From Candidatus Omnitrophota bacterium (lineage in GTDB: Bacteria; Omnitrophota; Gorgyraeia; JACQQV01), in assembly GCA_016206785.1 (NCBI GenBank), contig JACQQV010000039.1:5978-69977 (forward strand): DNA of 64,000 nucleotides, read 5' to 3'. The translations under genes and the position numbers were made by a program. Positions within the stretch are counted from its first letter, which is position 1. Every line of letters starts with the position of its first letter. Under the pieces are notes generated by a model. That model was not told the origin of the DNA. It was given only the letters and a program-made list of their open reading frames with translations, and made no database searches. This document shows positions 25,665 through 34,591 of this stretch, in pieces.

Positions 25665-26123
25665 TTATCCTATCAATTCTTCAAATTGTGATGAAAGAAA
25701 TTGAACCGCCTCCGTTAGCCCTCCGTCGAGAAAGATGGCTCCGATGAGGGCCTCAAAGGTCTCCGAAAGATGGGATGCCTTGAAAGCCCCTCCCTGCTGA
25801 CTTTCACCCCGGCCAAAAAGGATCGCTTCTCCAAGACCTAGTCTTTTTGCTTTTTCACTCAAGGTTTCTTCACAAACGAATGATTTTCTCCTTTCCGTCA
25901 AGAAACCGGGTCGTTGCATAGGAGTTTCTGCATAAAGTCGTGTGGTCACAAAGAATTGTAGGATCGCATCTCCCAGAAGTGCCAAACTCTCGTTCCCGGA
26001 GGAGAGTCCTCTTTCATTCGCATAGGATCGATGGGTGAGGGCCTGTTCCAGGAGGGTAGGCTTTTCAAAGTGATACCCTATCTTCTCCTCCCACGCCCGG
26101 CACAAATCGCTCTTTGTGATCAT
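25665..26123 (-). CDS. RNase III-domain protein lacking dsRBD
   Basis: ALTHRSY, NESLALLGDAIL, FEALIGAIFLDGG; ends before the dsRBD. Confidence 0.8.
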   Translation of the reverse strand: MITKSDLCRAWEEKIGYHFEKPTLLEQALTHRSYANERGLSSGNESLALLGDAILQFFVTTRLYAETPMQRPGFLTERRKSFVCEETLSEKAKRLGLGEAILFGRGESQQGGAFKASHLSETFEALIGAIFLDGGLTEAVQFLSSQFEELIG

Positions 26124-27247
26124 GCAAGAACCCTTTTGGAGACAACTTGCTGGATCAAAGAATAATGGATCCCTTCTCTCGTCGTCACTTTCCCAATTCG
26201 AATCGGGAGGACATATCGATTCGCCCCGCGCACGAATTTTTTATCAAGGGATTCTGCTTGGAAAAGTTTTCTGAGGGAAATTCCTTTTAGGGTAACAGGC
26301 AATTCCAATCTTAAAAGAAGAGATTCTAAGCGGGTCACCGTTTGCTTTTTACAGAGACCCAAACGGAAGGCGATCTCCGCAGCACACATCATTCCAACAG
26401 AGATGGCCTTCCCATGGGTTTCCTGATATCCTTTTGCCTGTTCAATCGCATGGCCGAGGGTATGTCCAAAGTTTAATATCACACGAATCCCTCTATCGTC
26501 CCGCTCGTCTCGTGCCACAACATCCGCCTTGATGCCCACACAAACGGAGACAATGTGCCCGAGCACTTTCCTGTCCGGAGATCTTTGCCATGAAGCGGGA
26601 AGAATTTTTCGGTAGTTTTTTTCAAGAAACGAGAAAAGATCTGGATTCGCGATGACCCCATACTTGACCACTTCTGCCAGCCCGTCTTTCAGATTTTCCC
26701 TCGGGAGTCTCTCCAGAACGGAAAGATCGGCATAGACCAATCGCGGTTGGTAAAAGGAACCGAGGAGGTTTTTTCCCTCTGGAAGATCAATCCCCACTTT
26801 TCCTCCAATGGAGGAATCCACCTGGGCCAAAAGTGTCGTGGGAAGCTGAAGATACGGAATCCCCCGTTTATAAATGGACGCCACATATCCGGTAAGATCT
26901 CCCAGAACTCCGCCGGAAAAAGCAGCCAGGAGAGGGCGTTTCCCTCTCCTTTCATACCGGAGGAGTTCCTGGATCAAGCGGCGGGCATATTGTTCAGATT
27001 TTGCCTTTTCAGAGTTTTGTCCCCTCGGCACTCGGAGTGCTGCAAAGCACACCTTAATTCCGGTACGGGCGAGATGACTGGAAAGAGTTTTCCCGTAATA
27101 CCGTTTTGCTTCAGGACTTGCAACAACAAAAAGTTCCTTTCCCAATTCCATTTTTTTGAGGATCGGCCCAAGAGACCTGAACCGGTCGTCTGCAATGAAA
27201 ATGGGATAGCTTCGTGCGCCCAAAGGGACGATAATCTTTTTCATCAT
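26120..27247 (-). CDS. aroB: 3-dehydroquinate synthase
   Basis: GGVLGD, PTTLLAQVDSSIGGK, KNLLGSFYQP, LNFGHTLGHA. Confidence 0.95.
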   Translation of the reverse strand: MMKKIIVPLGARSYPIFIADDRFRSLGPILKKMELGKELFVVASPEAKRYYGKTLSSHLARTGIKVCFAALRVPRGQNSEKAKSEQYARRLIQELLRYERRGKRPLLAAFSGGVLGDLTGYVASIYKRGIPYLQLPTTLLAQVDSSIGGKVGIDLPEGKNLLGSFYQPRLVYADLSVLERLPRENLKDGLAEVVKYGVIANPDLFSFLEKNYRKILPASWQRSPDRKVLGHIVSVCVGIKADVVARDERDDRGIRVILNFGHTLGHAIEQAKGYQETHGKAISVGMMCAAEIAFRLGLCKKQTVTRLESLLLRLELPVTLKGISLRKLFQAESLDKKFVRGANRYVLPIRIGKVTTREGIHYSLIQQVVSKRVLA

Positions 27248-27264
27248 AAGAAGGCAATGTTATT

Positions 27265-27888
27265 TTACACGAGGCCCAACAGTTTTGCAAGGAGAGAAAC
27301 AATGGGAAGGAGGAACTCGCTCAAAAGACCCGTTGCCCAGAGAAAGAGAACGATGAGGAAGCCGAAGGATTCAAGACGTCTGTAATAAGGAAGGAGAGAG
27401 GCCGGGAGAAGACCTACCACAATTCTCGATCCGTCGAGAGGGGGCAAAGGAATGATATTAAATACAGCAAGGATAAGATTCATGAAGGAACCGAGCGTCA
27501 AGAGGCGCCCTAAGAAAGAGGTGGGGGAAACGGAACCGACATGGAGAAGACCTGCAAAAAAGAGAGCCAGCAGAAGATTGGCGATGGGGCCTGCCACGGC
27601 AACCCAGACCATCTGCTCTTTCGGTCTACGGAGATTCATGAAATTGACAGGGACCGGTTTGGCCCATCCGAATGGAGCGTTCAACGTTAAAATAAAAAAG
27701 ATGGGGAGGAGCACTGTTCCCCAAAGGTCAATATGCGCCAGGGGATTGAGCGTGAGCCTCCCAGAGTGTTTCGCAGTAGAATCGCCACACTGTTCAGCGA
27801 CCCACCCATGGGCAAATTCATGAAGGGTTAGTGAAACGGCGAGGATCGGGAATGCAATAAGAAACTGGGTGAGAAGATGAAGTGTCAT
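27265..27888 (-). CDS. Site-2 protease (M50) family
   Basis: HEFAH, GRLTLNP..H, GWAKPVPVN, AGP, FN..P.PPLDG. Confidence 0.9.
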   Translation of the reverse strand: MTLHLLTQFLIAFPILAVSLTLHEFAHGWVAEQCGDSTAKHSGRLTLNPLAHIDLWGTVLLPIFFILTLNAPFGWAKPVPVNFMNLRRPKEQMVWVAVAGPIANLLLALFFAGLLHVGSVSPTSFLGRLLTLGSFMNLILAVFNIIPLPPLDGSRIVVGLLPASLLPYYRRLESFGFLIVLFLWATGLLSEFLLPIVSLLAKLLGLV

Positions 27889-28544
27889 AAGAGCTCTTGG
27901 GGATAGCCGATGTTTCGAACAATCACTTTTCCGGTCCTCTGCGGTCCTTCCCCCACGTAAAATCCTTTTTTGGGTAAGCCAAAGGTAACCGTTTGACTCG
28001 CTTTGACAGAGCACCCCAAGACTTTTCCAGTTGTGGCGCACAGGCCGGAAGGGATATCGACCGCCAAGATAGGACACGAAAGTCTATTGATGCATTCAAT
28101 CGCACTTCGATACGGCTCTTGGACCTCTCCTTTGAGTCCAATTCCCAGAAGGGCATCCACCCCCATGATCAAAGGGGCTGTTCGGGAAAGGGTTTCCTCC
28201 AAGAGGCTCCCTTGAGGGAGGGTATAAAGGGGGCATCGGAATCGCTTCAGGATCCCAAAATTAATTTTTGCCGAGCCTTTTAAACGGGTTTCTTCACCGA
28301 TGAAGAAAAGAGCGACCGGTCTTCCCTGTAGAAAGAGATGCCTGGCGGCCACAAAACCGTCTCCCCCATTGTTTCCTTTTCCACAAAAAAATGCGACGGT
28401 TCCTTTTTTTCCATTCAATATTTCCAGAATGACTTGAGCGGTCTCTCTTCCCGCATTCTCCATGAGGAGTAATTCAGGAATCCCAAACGTCTCTTGGGCC
28501 TTGAGGTCGATTTGACGCATGGTCTGGGCGTCCACCGGTTCCAT
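27885..28544 (-). CDS. nnrE: NAD(P)H-hydrate epimerase (YjeF N-domain)
   Basis: LMENAG, GKGNNGGDG, DALLG.G, DIPSG. Confidence 0.92.
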   Translation of the reverse strand: MEPVDAQTMRQIDLKAQETFGIPELLLMENAGRETAQVILEILNGKKGTVAFFCGKGNNGGDGFVAARHLFLQGRPVALFFIGEETRLKGSAKINFGILKRFRCPLYTLPQGSLLEETLSRTAPLIMGVDALLGIGLKGEVQEPYRSAIECINRLSCPILAVDIPSGLCATTGKVLGCSVKASQTVTFGLPKKGFYVGEGPQRTGKVIVRNIGYPQELL

Positions 28545-28554
28545 CGGATGCCTT

Positions 28555-28866
28555 TTATTTTTCCTTCTTTGGTGTTTCTTTTTTAACAGCCTCTTTCTCT
28601 TTTACCGGAGGAGTTGTTTTTCCAGGGGCCGCTGGTACGGCCGCCGCTTCCGTAGCGGGTGTTGCGGTTGTGGCGGTCGCTTCAGAGGCCACCTTTTCCT
28701 TCTTTACTTTGATCCGCACAGTCTTCACCTTTGGAAGCCCGAAGATAGAATCATTCTCCGTCCATTCTTTCTTATCTTCCAGTATCTTAATACGCTCGAA
28801 GCGCTTCAAGACAGAACGATGCCGCTTCCCTTTTCGGCCCCCTTTAAGACTCGAATGCTGCGTCAT
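28555..28866 (-). CDS. PVC-superphylum small basic signature protein (TIGR04137-like) with a low-complexity tail
   Basis: MTQHSSLK...RSVLKRFERI..L.....W.....FGLPKVK. Confidence 0.85.
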   Translation of the reverse strand: MTQHSSLKGGRKGKRHRSVLKRFERIKILEDKKEWTENDSIFGLPKVKTVRIKVKKEKVASEATATTATPATEAAAVPAAPGKTTPPVKEKEAVKKETPKKEK

Positions 28867-28886
28867 CGGATTCTCCTTTCCTTATC

Positions 28887-29357
28887 TTATCGATTTCGGA
28901 CAAAACAGTCCTTGTATCGTTTCTGAAGTTCAGCCACGGCGCGATCCGCTGACCCTCGCGTTTCAAACGCTCCAATACAGAGGGCGACACTTTTTCCGCT
29001 TGTTATGAGAAATGCTTCAACGCCTTGTTTGCGAAGGCGTTCCACCTCACGTTCCGCCACTTTTTTCTCCTGATACGAAGCAACCTGAATCGTAAATTTT
29101 TTAACTGGCTTTTCTACCGTCTTTGCGATCGGGCGATCTTCGGTTCTTCTCGAAAGAGGACTTTTCGCCTGACGGCCGATTTCCACACCCGTGGCGTAAA
29201 TGATCACAACACACATGACAAGAAGCAAGATCGTCAAAAGCAGCGCATCAAAAGAAAATGAAATGTGTTCCCGTGGGTCTTGGGTTTGAAAAAAAGAGGA
29301 TCTTTTTTTCCCCTTCTCCCCGAACTGGTCAAAAAATTCCTTTTGAATATCAGCCAT
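28887..29357 (-). CDS. SPOR-domain membrane protein
   Basis: TM plus FTIQVASY.....A...L...G, IGAF. Confidence 0.8.
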   Translation of the reverse strand: MADIQKEFFDQFGEKGKKRSSFFQTQDPREHISFSFDALLLTILLLVMCVVIIYATGVEIGRQAKSPLSRRTEDRPIAKTVEKPVKKFTIQVASYQEKKVAEREVERLRKQGVEAFLITSGKSVALCIGAFETRGSADRAVAELQKRYKDCFVRNR

Positions 29358-29363
29358 GGAAAG

Positions 29364-30434
29364 TCAAAGTGCTTTCACAATCTTCCGGAATGATCTTTTA
29401 TGTGTAAATCTTAGAAAGGCCTCGACCACTTGTGGGTCGAACTGTCCTCCCTGATGTCTTTTTAATTCCATCAGGGCATGTCGGAGGCCCACCCTTCTGC
29501 GGTAGGGGCGATGGTGGACCATCGCCTCAAACGCCTTGATCACCGCGAGGATCCGGGCGCCCAAGGGAATCTCTTCCCCTTTGAGCCCTTTGGGATACCC
29601 ATTCCCGTCGTATCGTTCTGTGTGATGAAGGATAACCGGGAGAACAGGTTCCAATATCCTCAAGGGGCGGACAATTTTGGCAGATGTGGTAGGGACTTTC
29701 TGGATCAGTCGATATTCAGGGCCCGTTAATTTGGAAGGTTTTGTCAGGATATGTTCGGGAACGGAAAGTATGCCTGCATCGTGAAGGAGTATTGCATAAT
29801 GAAGCATTTTCGTCTCTTCGTGCGAAAGATGGAGTTCTGCCGCAATGCCGAGTGCTAACGTGACCAACAGGTCGGACGACCGTTTCCTGCCAGGCGTTTT
29901 GCTTTCCAGAATGGCCGCCAGGAAACGGATGGAATCCATGGTCAGTTTTTCCTGTTCTTCGTACAGGGCCGCATTTTTAAAGGCGATGACCGCCTGTTCT
30001 GCGAGTGTCATTAATATTTCACGATCATACAGGGAGTAAGGCTTGCCTTCTTGCTTGCCACGGATCGTAATGACCCCCAAGACATCCTCATCCAAGAGTG
30101 GAACGCAGAGGAGGTTTTTCTTGAAATAGGCGTTCCCTGTTTTGGCGACTTTCCCCTCGATCCCCGCTCCAACGGGGAGGTTCCGTGAATCCTTCCGACG
30201 ATGCGGACGGGCTAAATGGACATGCACCCTTGGAATGAGGTATTTCTTTGCATCATCAAGTAGCAAGATGGAGCAATCATTGGACCGGAGAACTTGGAGA
30301 CAGAGACGTGCAACTCTAGGAAGAAGTTCATCGAAATTAAGAGTTGAGGTGAGGAGGCGATGAACCGTATGGACCGTCGAAAGGGCCAAAGACAAAGCTT
30401 GTATTTTTTCGTCAATATTTTCTTTCACGTTCAT
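29364..30434 (-). CDS. GAF + HD-GYP domain protein (degenerate)
   Basis: GAF N-terminus; LLHDAG, ERYDGNGYP.GL.GEEIPLGARI, QFDP. Confidence 0.85.
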   Translation of the reverse strand: MNVKENIDEKIQALSLALSTVHTVHRLLTSTLNFDELLPRVARLCLQVLRSNDCSILLLDDAKKYLIPRVHVHLARPHRRKDSRNLPVGAGIEGKVAKTGNAYFKKNLLCVPLLDEDVLGVITIRGKQEGKPYSLYDREILMTLAEQAVIAFKNAALYEEQEKLTMDSIRFLAAILESKTPGRKRSSDLLVTLALGIAAELHLSHEETKMLHYAILLHDAGILSVPEHILTKPSKLTGPEYRLIQKVPTTSAKIVRPLRILEPVLPVILHHTERYDGNGYPKGLKGEEIPLGARILAVIKAFEAMVHHRPYRRRVGLRHALMELKRHQGGQFDPQVVEAFLRFTHKRSFRKIVKAL

Positions 30435-31585
30435 ACTCTTTCATGGGGATCAAAGAATCGTTTGTACTCATCCAACGCGAATCGATCCGTCATCCCAGCG
30501 ACATAATCACAAATGACACGGTGAGGCCCTTCTTGGGTTACGCGATTTAAAAAATAAGGAGGGAGTTGCTCAGGATTTGCCATGTAAACCTCAAAGAGTT
30601 GACGCACCACCCGCCTCGCCTTATCGGACATCCGAACCACTCGATAATGGTGATATAAATTTTTCATCAAAAATTTTTTAAGAGGTTTTCTTTCTTCTGC
30701 CATCAAAGGATCAAAGACAACAAGTCGTTCGGAGGAGTGCCGCACGTCCTCTAAGGAACGAATGCCATGGGTCTTGAGGCTTTCTTCTGAAGCGGTGATC
30801 AGGCTTGTGATTTGGGCATTGATGAGGGATTTAAGGATCTGTCTTGTCAAAAGATATTCAGAGAGGGTGGGAAATTCTTTGAGGACTTCCCTCCGCGCCT
30901 TCTCCCAGAGGGAGATCTTGAGCAGATCCTCTTCCTTCAGAAGTCCAGAACTCACCCCATCGTCAAGATCATGGTTATCATAGGCTATTTCATCCGCAAC
31001 ATCGACCACTTGGGTTTCAAGAAGGGGTGATTTCTCCGGGTCCAAGGCCACATTGCGATCGGGGTGGTCAAAAGGGGTAGTGTGTTTGTTGATCCCTTCC
31101 CTCACCTCCCAAGTTAAATTGAGGCCCTTGAAACCGGGATACCTCTCTTCCAGAAAATCAACCACCCTTAGTCCTTGAAGGTTATGATCGAAACCCCCAT
31201 GATCTTTCATCATTTCCTTAAGCGCATCCTCTCCCGCATGTCCAAAGGGACCGTGCCCAATGTCATGGGCGAGGGCAAGGGTCTCGGTTAGATCTTCATT
31301 CAGTCGCAGGGCCCGCGCAATCGAGCGGGCAATTTGCGCCACTTCGATGGTGTGGGTGAGGCGGGTCCTGTAGTTGTCCCCTTCATGGTTGACAAATACC
31401 TGCGTTTTGTACTCAAGGCGACGAAAGGCCGTTGTGTGAATGATTCTATCCCGATCTCTTTGGTAACACGGACGATAGTCATGTTCCTTTTCCGGATGGA
31501 GTCTCCCCTTGCTTCGCCGGCTTTTCATGGCGTAGGGGGCAAGGAGTGTTTCTTCCTTTTCTTCAATTTCAACGCGTGTGAGCAT
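30431..31585 (-). CDS. dgt: Deoxyguanosinetriphosphate triphosphohydrolase
   Basis: RDRDRI, FRRLEYKTQVF, RTRLTH, HDIGHGPFGHAGE, DYVAGMTD. Confidence 0.93.
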   Translation of the reverse strand: MLTRVEIEEKEETLLAPYAMKSRRSKGRLHPEKEHDYRPCYQRDRDRIIHTTAFRRLEYKTQVFVNHEGDNYRTRLTHTIEVAQIARSIARALRLNEDLTETLALAHDIGHGPFGHAGEDALKEMMKDHGGFDHNLQGLRVVDFLEERYPGFKGLNLTWEVREGINKHTTPFDHPDRNVALDPEKSPLLETQVVDVADEIAYDNHDLDDGVSSGLLKEEDLLKISLWEKARREVLKEFPTLSEYLLTRQILKSLINAQITSLITASEESLKTHGIRSLEDVRHSSERLVVFDPLMAEERKPLKKFLMKNLYHHYRVVRMSDKARRVVRQLFEVYMANPEQLPPYFLNRVTQEGPHRVICDYVAGMTDRFALDEYKRFFDPHERV

Positions 31586-32045
31586 TGGTCAATTGGCGAT
31601 ACATCGCTTCAAGAGATTCTGAAATCACCTTTGTTTCCGAGAGGACCGGCATATAATTGGTGTCTCCTCCCCACCGGGGAACAATATGAACATGAATGTG
31701 GTCCTTGAAACCGGCCCCAGCGATTCGCCCTTCATTGAGGCCGATATTGAAGCCGGCCGGCCTTAAAAGTTTTCTGAGGAGCGCCTCACACTCCTGCACA
31801 TGGAGGACAAGCGCTGAAGCCTCCTCTTTTGTGAGATCCTCAAGACGTTTCACATGACGGTAGGGGGCGACCATCACATGACCGTTGTTGTAAGGGTAAA
31901 GGTTGAGCATCGCAAAGGAATGGCTACGACGCATGAAAAGGAAGTTTTTCGCATCTTTTTTTTGACGTGGCTTCGCGCAAAAGATACATCCTTTCTGCGT
32001 TCTGTAAATCACTTTCTTTCTCCAGGGAGCCCAAAGTTTATCCAT
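31569..32045 (-). CDS. HIT-family protein (Fhit/Ap4A-type)
   Basis: LWAPWR, NLYPYNNGH, GFNIG.N.G..AGAG, HIHVHIVPRW.GD. Confidence 0.9.
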   Translation of the reverse strand: MDKLWAPWRKKVIYRTQKGCIFCAKPRQKKDAKNFLFMRRSHSFAMLNLYPYNNGHVMVAPYRHVKRLEDLTKEEASALVLHVQECEALLRKLLRPAGFNIGLNEGRIAGAGFKDHIHVHIVPRWGGDTNYMPVLSETKVISESLEAMYRQLTNAHTR

Positions 32046-33687
32046 GTTTCTCTCCGGCCGTTAGGATCGGTCCTTGGTGATAAATATCAAGAAGCATATT
32101 GACGCTTCCGAGTTCCCACGTCCATAACTTTTCTTTTTTTGCAAGGAGACGGGCATTCTGACTGATGCCTAAGAGGGGAATGAGCACCCGCTGGTGGATG
32201 GGGCGGTTCATCTGTTCACATTGTTTCAAAAAGTTGAAAATGTCTTCCTCTTGAATTTCGCGTTCAAAAAAGGAAGAAACCCAGACGCCATTGTCTTTGT
32301 GACCTACAATGAGGGCATGCTCGGTTTTCCCGTTAAGAAGAGAAACGCCGGAGAAACGAGGGAGGCGGTGCCTTTTTTGGTCAATTTCCACAAGTTCCCC
32401 CTTAAAACAACTAAAAAGTGTAGAGATCTTTTCGTCGACCCTTTTTTGCGATTGTTCCATGAAATGCTTCACGGTTTCTTCTGTTTCTGTTCTAAAATCG
32501 AAAGATTGCTGGGCAATGTTTCCGGCGAGGCTGTCCGCCTTCCTTTCAAAACAACTTTTTAGCCAAAACGCAAAAAGGCGGTCTGCGACACGGTAGAAGA
32601 TGCCGCTTTTGGAAAGAATACCGGCATCGAGAAGTTTTGCAAGTTTCTTTTGAATATCCTTTGATTCTTTGAAAAGGTGCCGGATCTCTTGTGAGGGACA
32701 GGTTCGCCTCGAAAGCGCTTGGACGATGAGCGCGGATTCACTGGAGCGGTGGTCTAAAGACGCGAGGCGGTGGAGAAGCATCGTAAAGTACTGACAGAGA
32801 ATTCCCTGTGCATTGAAAAGCACTTTTTCCAACACAAAAATGACATGTTCCAAGGGGCTCTTAAGATCGGTGGAGGGACATGTGGAGAGATGCTGACCCA
32901 GCACGTTTAAATAAAAAGGATGCCCTCCCGAAAGAAAGACGAGGAACTGTTTCACTCCTGGATCGAGCGAAGCCAGACCCCACCGTTTTTCGAGGTATTC
33001 CATGGCTTCCCCTCCGGTGAAAGGTTCAAGGGTGACAATTTCAAAACGGCCAAAAAGGAGAGACAAACGCTGTTGAAGAATCCGACGGGAGATTTGTATC
33101 TGGGAACTGGCCAAAAGATACATGGTCTCTTTTTGGACCATGATTTGTCTTCCGAGATGTGCAAAAGGTTCTTCGATATCAAAACCCAAAAGTTTATCGA
33201 ATTCATCCAGCATCAGGATAAAGCATTTCCCCGTCTCATTCCATGTTCTTGAAGGAAGTTCAAGGAGGGTGATGAAGCTTTTTGTCGGCTCACTCTTTCG
33301 TCTTTGTTCGAGGGACCCTTTAAGCCATGAGGCTGTTATGGGAGCCCATCGGTGAAAGGCTTGAAGGTACTTCTGTTCCCCTCCTTTTCCTTCTAAATCT
33401 ATCCCCAGCCGTTTGAGAAATGCGTGTAAGAAAATAGTGACGAAGCGGGACGTGAATTCCTGAAAGGTCTCCCGCGGTCGGAGCTCCACATAAACGACCA
33501 CAACCCCCGGATCATCAAATTGCAACATAAAATGTTGGAGCAAGGAGGATTTACCGATCAGTTCTGGGCCGAGAATCGCTACATTCTGGCGATACCCTTG
33601 CCGGAGTGAAGAGGCGCGTTTGAAGAGAAGATGAAGCATCTCTCCCCGATTGAAAAAATCTTTCCCGATGACTGGATCAGCGAACAT
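32038..33687 (-). CDS. Archaeal-type (STAND-related) P-loop ATPase with wHTH and restriction-fold-like C-terminus
   Basis: PVIG.DFFNR, Walker A GPELIGKS, Walker B LMLDEF, GGHPFYL, D.LFAFWL. Confidence 0.75.
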   Translation of the reverse strand: MFADPVIGKDFFNRGEMLHLLFKRASSLRQGYRQNVAILGPELIGKSSLLQHFMLQFDDPGVVVVYVELRPRETFQEFTSRFVTIFLHAFLKRLGIDLEGKGGEQKYLQAFHRWAPITASWLKGSLEQRRKSEPTKSFITLLELPSRTWNETGKCFILMLDEFDKLLGFDIEEPFAHLGRQIMVQKETMYLLASSQIQISRRILQQRLSLLFGRFEIVTLEPFTGGEAMEYLEKRWGLASLDPGVKQFLVFLSGGHPFYLNVLGQHLSTCPSTDLKSPLEHVIFVLEKVLFNAQGILCQYFTMLLHRLASLDHRSSESALIVQALSRRTCPSQEIRHLFKESKDIQKKLAKLLDAGILSKSGIFYRVADRLFAFWLKSCFERKADSLAGNIAQQSFDFRTETEETVKHFMEQSQKRVDEKISTLFSCFKGELVEIDQKRHRLPRFSGVSLLNGKTEHALIVGHKDNGVWVSSFFEREIQEEDIFNFLKQCEQMNRPIHQRVLIPLLGISQNARLLAKKEKLWTWELGSVNMLLDIYHQGPILTAGEKHG

Positions 33688-34382
33688 TACAATCTCCCCT
33701 CTTTTAAATAACGCAGGGGATTTTGCGGGCGGCTATATCGGCGAATTTCAAAGTGAAGCGTTGGGATTTTGACCCTTCCCGTTTTTCCAAGATGGGCAAT
33801 CGGCTGACGTCTTTCGACACGATCCCCCTCCTGGACAAGGAGTTCTTTGTTATGGGCGTAGAGGCTCTGTATATGGTTTCCATGATCTAGGATGATCGTC
33901 TTTCCGAAACCTTTCACCTTCTCTCCGGCAAAAGCGACCACACCCCTCTCGGAAGAAAGGACGGTTTCCCCTTCCTTCCCCTGAATGTTAATTCCTTTGT
34001 TGCGGCCATAGAGCGTCTGACCTCCAAAATGTGAAGTGATTCTTCCTGGGACGGGCCAGCTGAACGTCAGAGGAAGAGCACTATCGGAATGTTTTTGGGG
34101 ATGTGGTTTATCCATCCCCGTGGGGATATAGAGAAGTTGACCCACCGCAAGCTTCGAAGGATCGGGCAGTCTATTGAGTGTGGCAATCCGTTCCGGCCCG
34201 ATGTGGTATACCCTCCCTATTCCCCATAGGGTTTCTCCGCGTTGGACGGTATGATAGATTCCACCTGCTCGCCCGAGAAGTTGGGGTGCTTCTTTAGGAG
34301 GGGTAGCGCATCCTTTAGAGAAGAAAGACAATACCGCAACTCCCGACAATAAGATGAAATGGTATCGTCGGTGATTCATCAT
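33687..34382 (-). CDS. LysM + M23 lipoprotein (NlpD-like, degenerate peptidase)
   Basis: Lipobox-like Cys; LysM HTVQRGETL; M23 WPV.G, YAHN, LHFEIR; HxxxD replaced by NKGIN. Confidence 0.85.
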   Translation of the reverse strand: MMNHRRYHFILLSGVAVLSFFSKGCATPPKEAPQLLGRAGGIYHTVQRGETLWGIGRVYHIGPERIATLNRLPDPSKLAVGQLLYIPTGMDKPHPQKHSDSALPLTFSWPVPGRITSHFGGQTLYGRNKGINIQGKEGETVLSSERGVVAFAGEKVKGFGKTIILDHGNHIQSLYAHNKELLVQEGDRVERRQPIAHLGKTGRVKIPTLHFEIRRYSRPQNPLRYLKEGRL

Positions 34383-34398
34383 AAATAATAACGAATAG

Positions 34399-34473
34399 TG
34401 GAGCGGGTGATGGGACTCGAACCCACGATATTCAGCTTGGGAAGCTGACGTTCTACCACTGAACTACACCCGC
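34399..34473 (-). tRNA. tRNA-Gly (CCC)
   Basis: GCGGGTG acceptor stem, D-arm GTTCAGTGGTAGAAC, anticodon arm TCAGC TTCCCAA GCTGA, GGTTCGAGTCC, encoded CCA. Confidence 0.97.
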
Positions 34474-34591
34474 ATGCTCACAAATGCAAGTAAACAAATT
34501 GCTCGCATTCCAATGGAGGAAACCAAGGTTTCCCCCCTATGGCGGGGCTTGATTGATATAAACTGCTACAAGCCCCTGTTACCCCCCTTCC

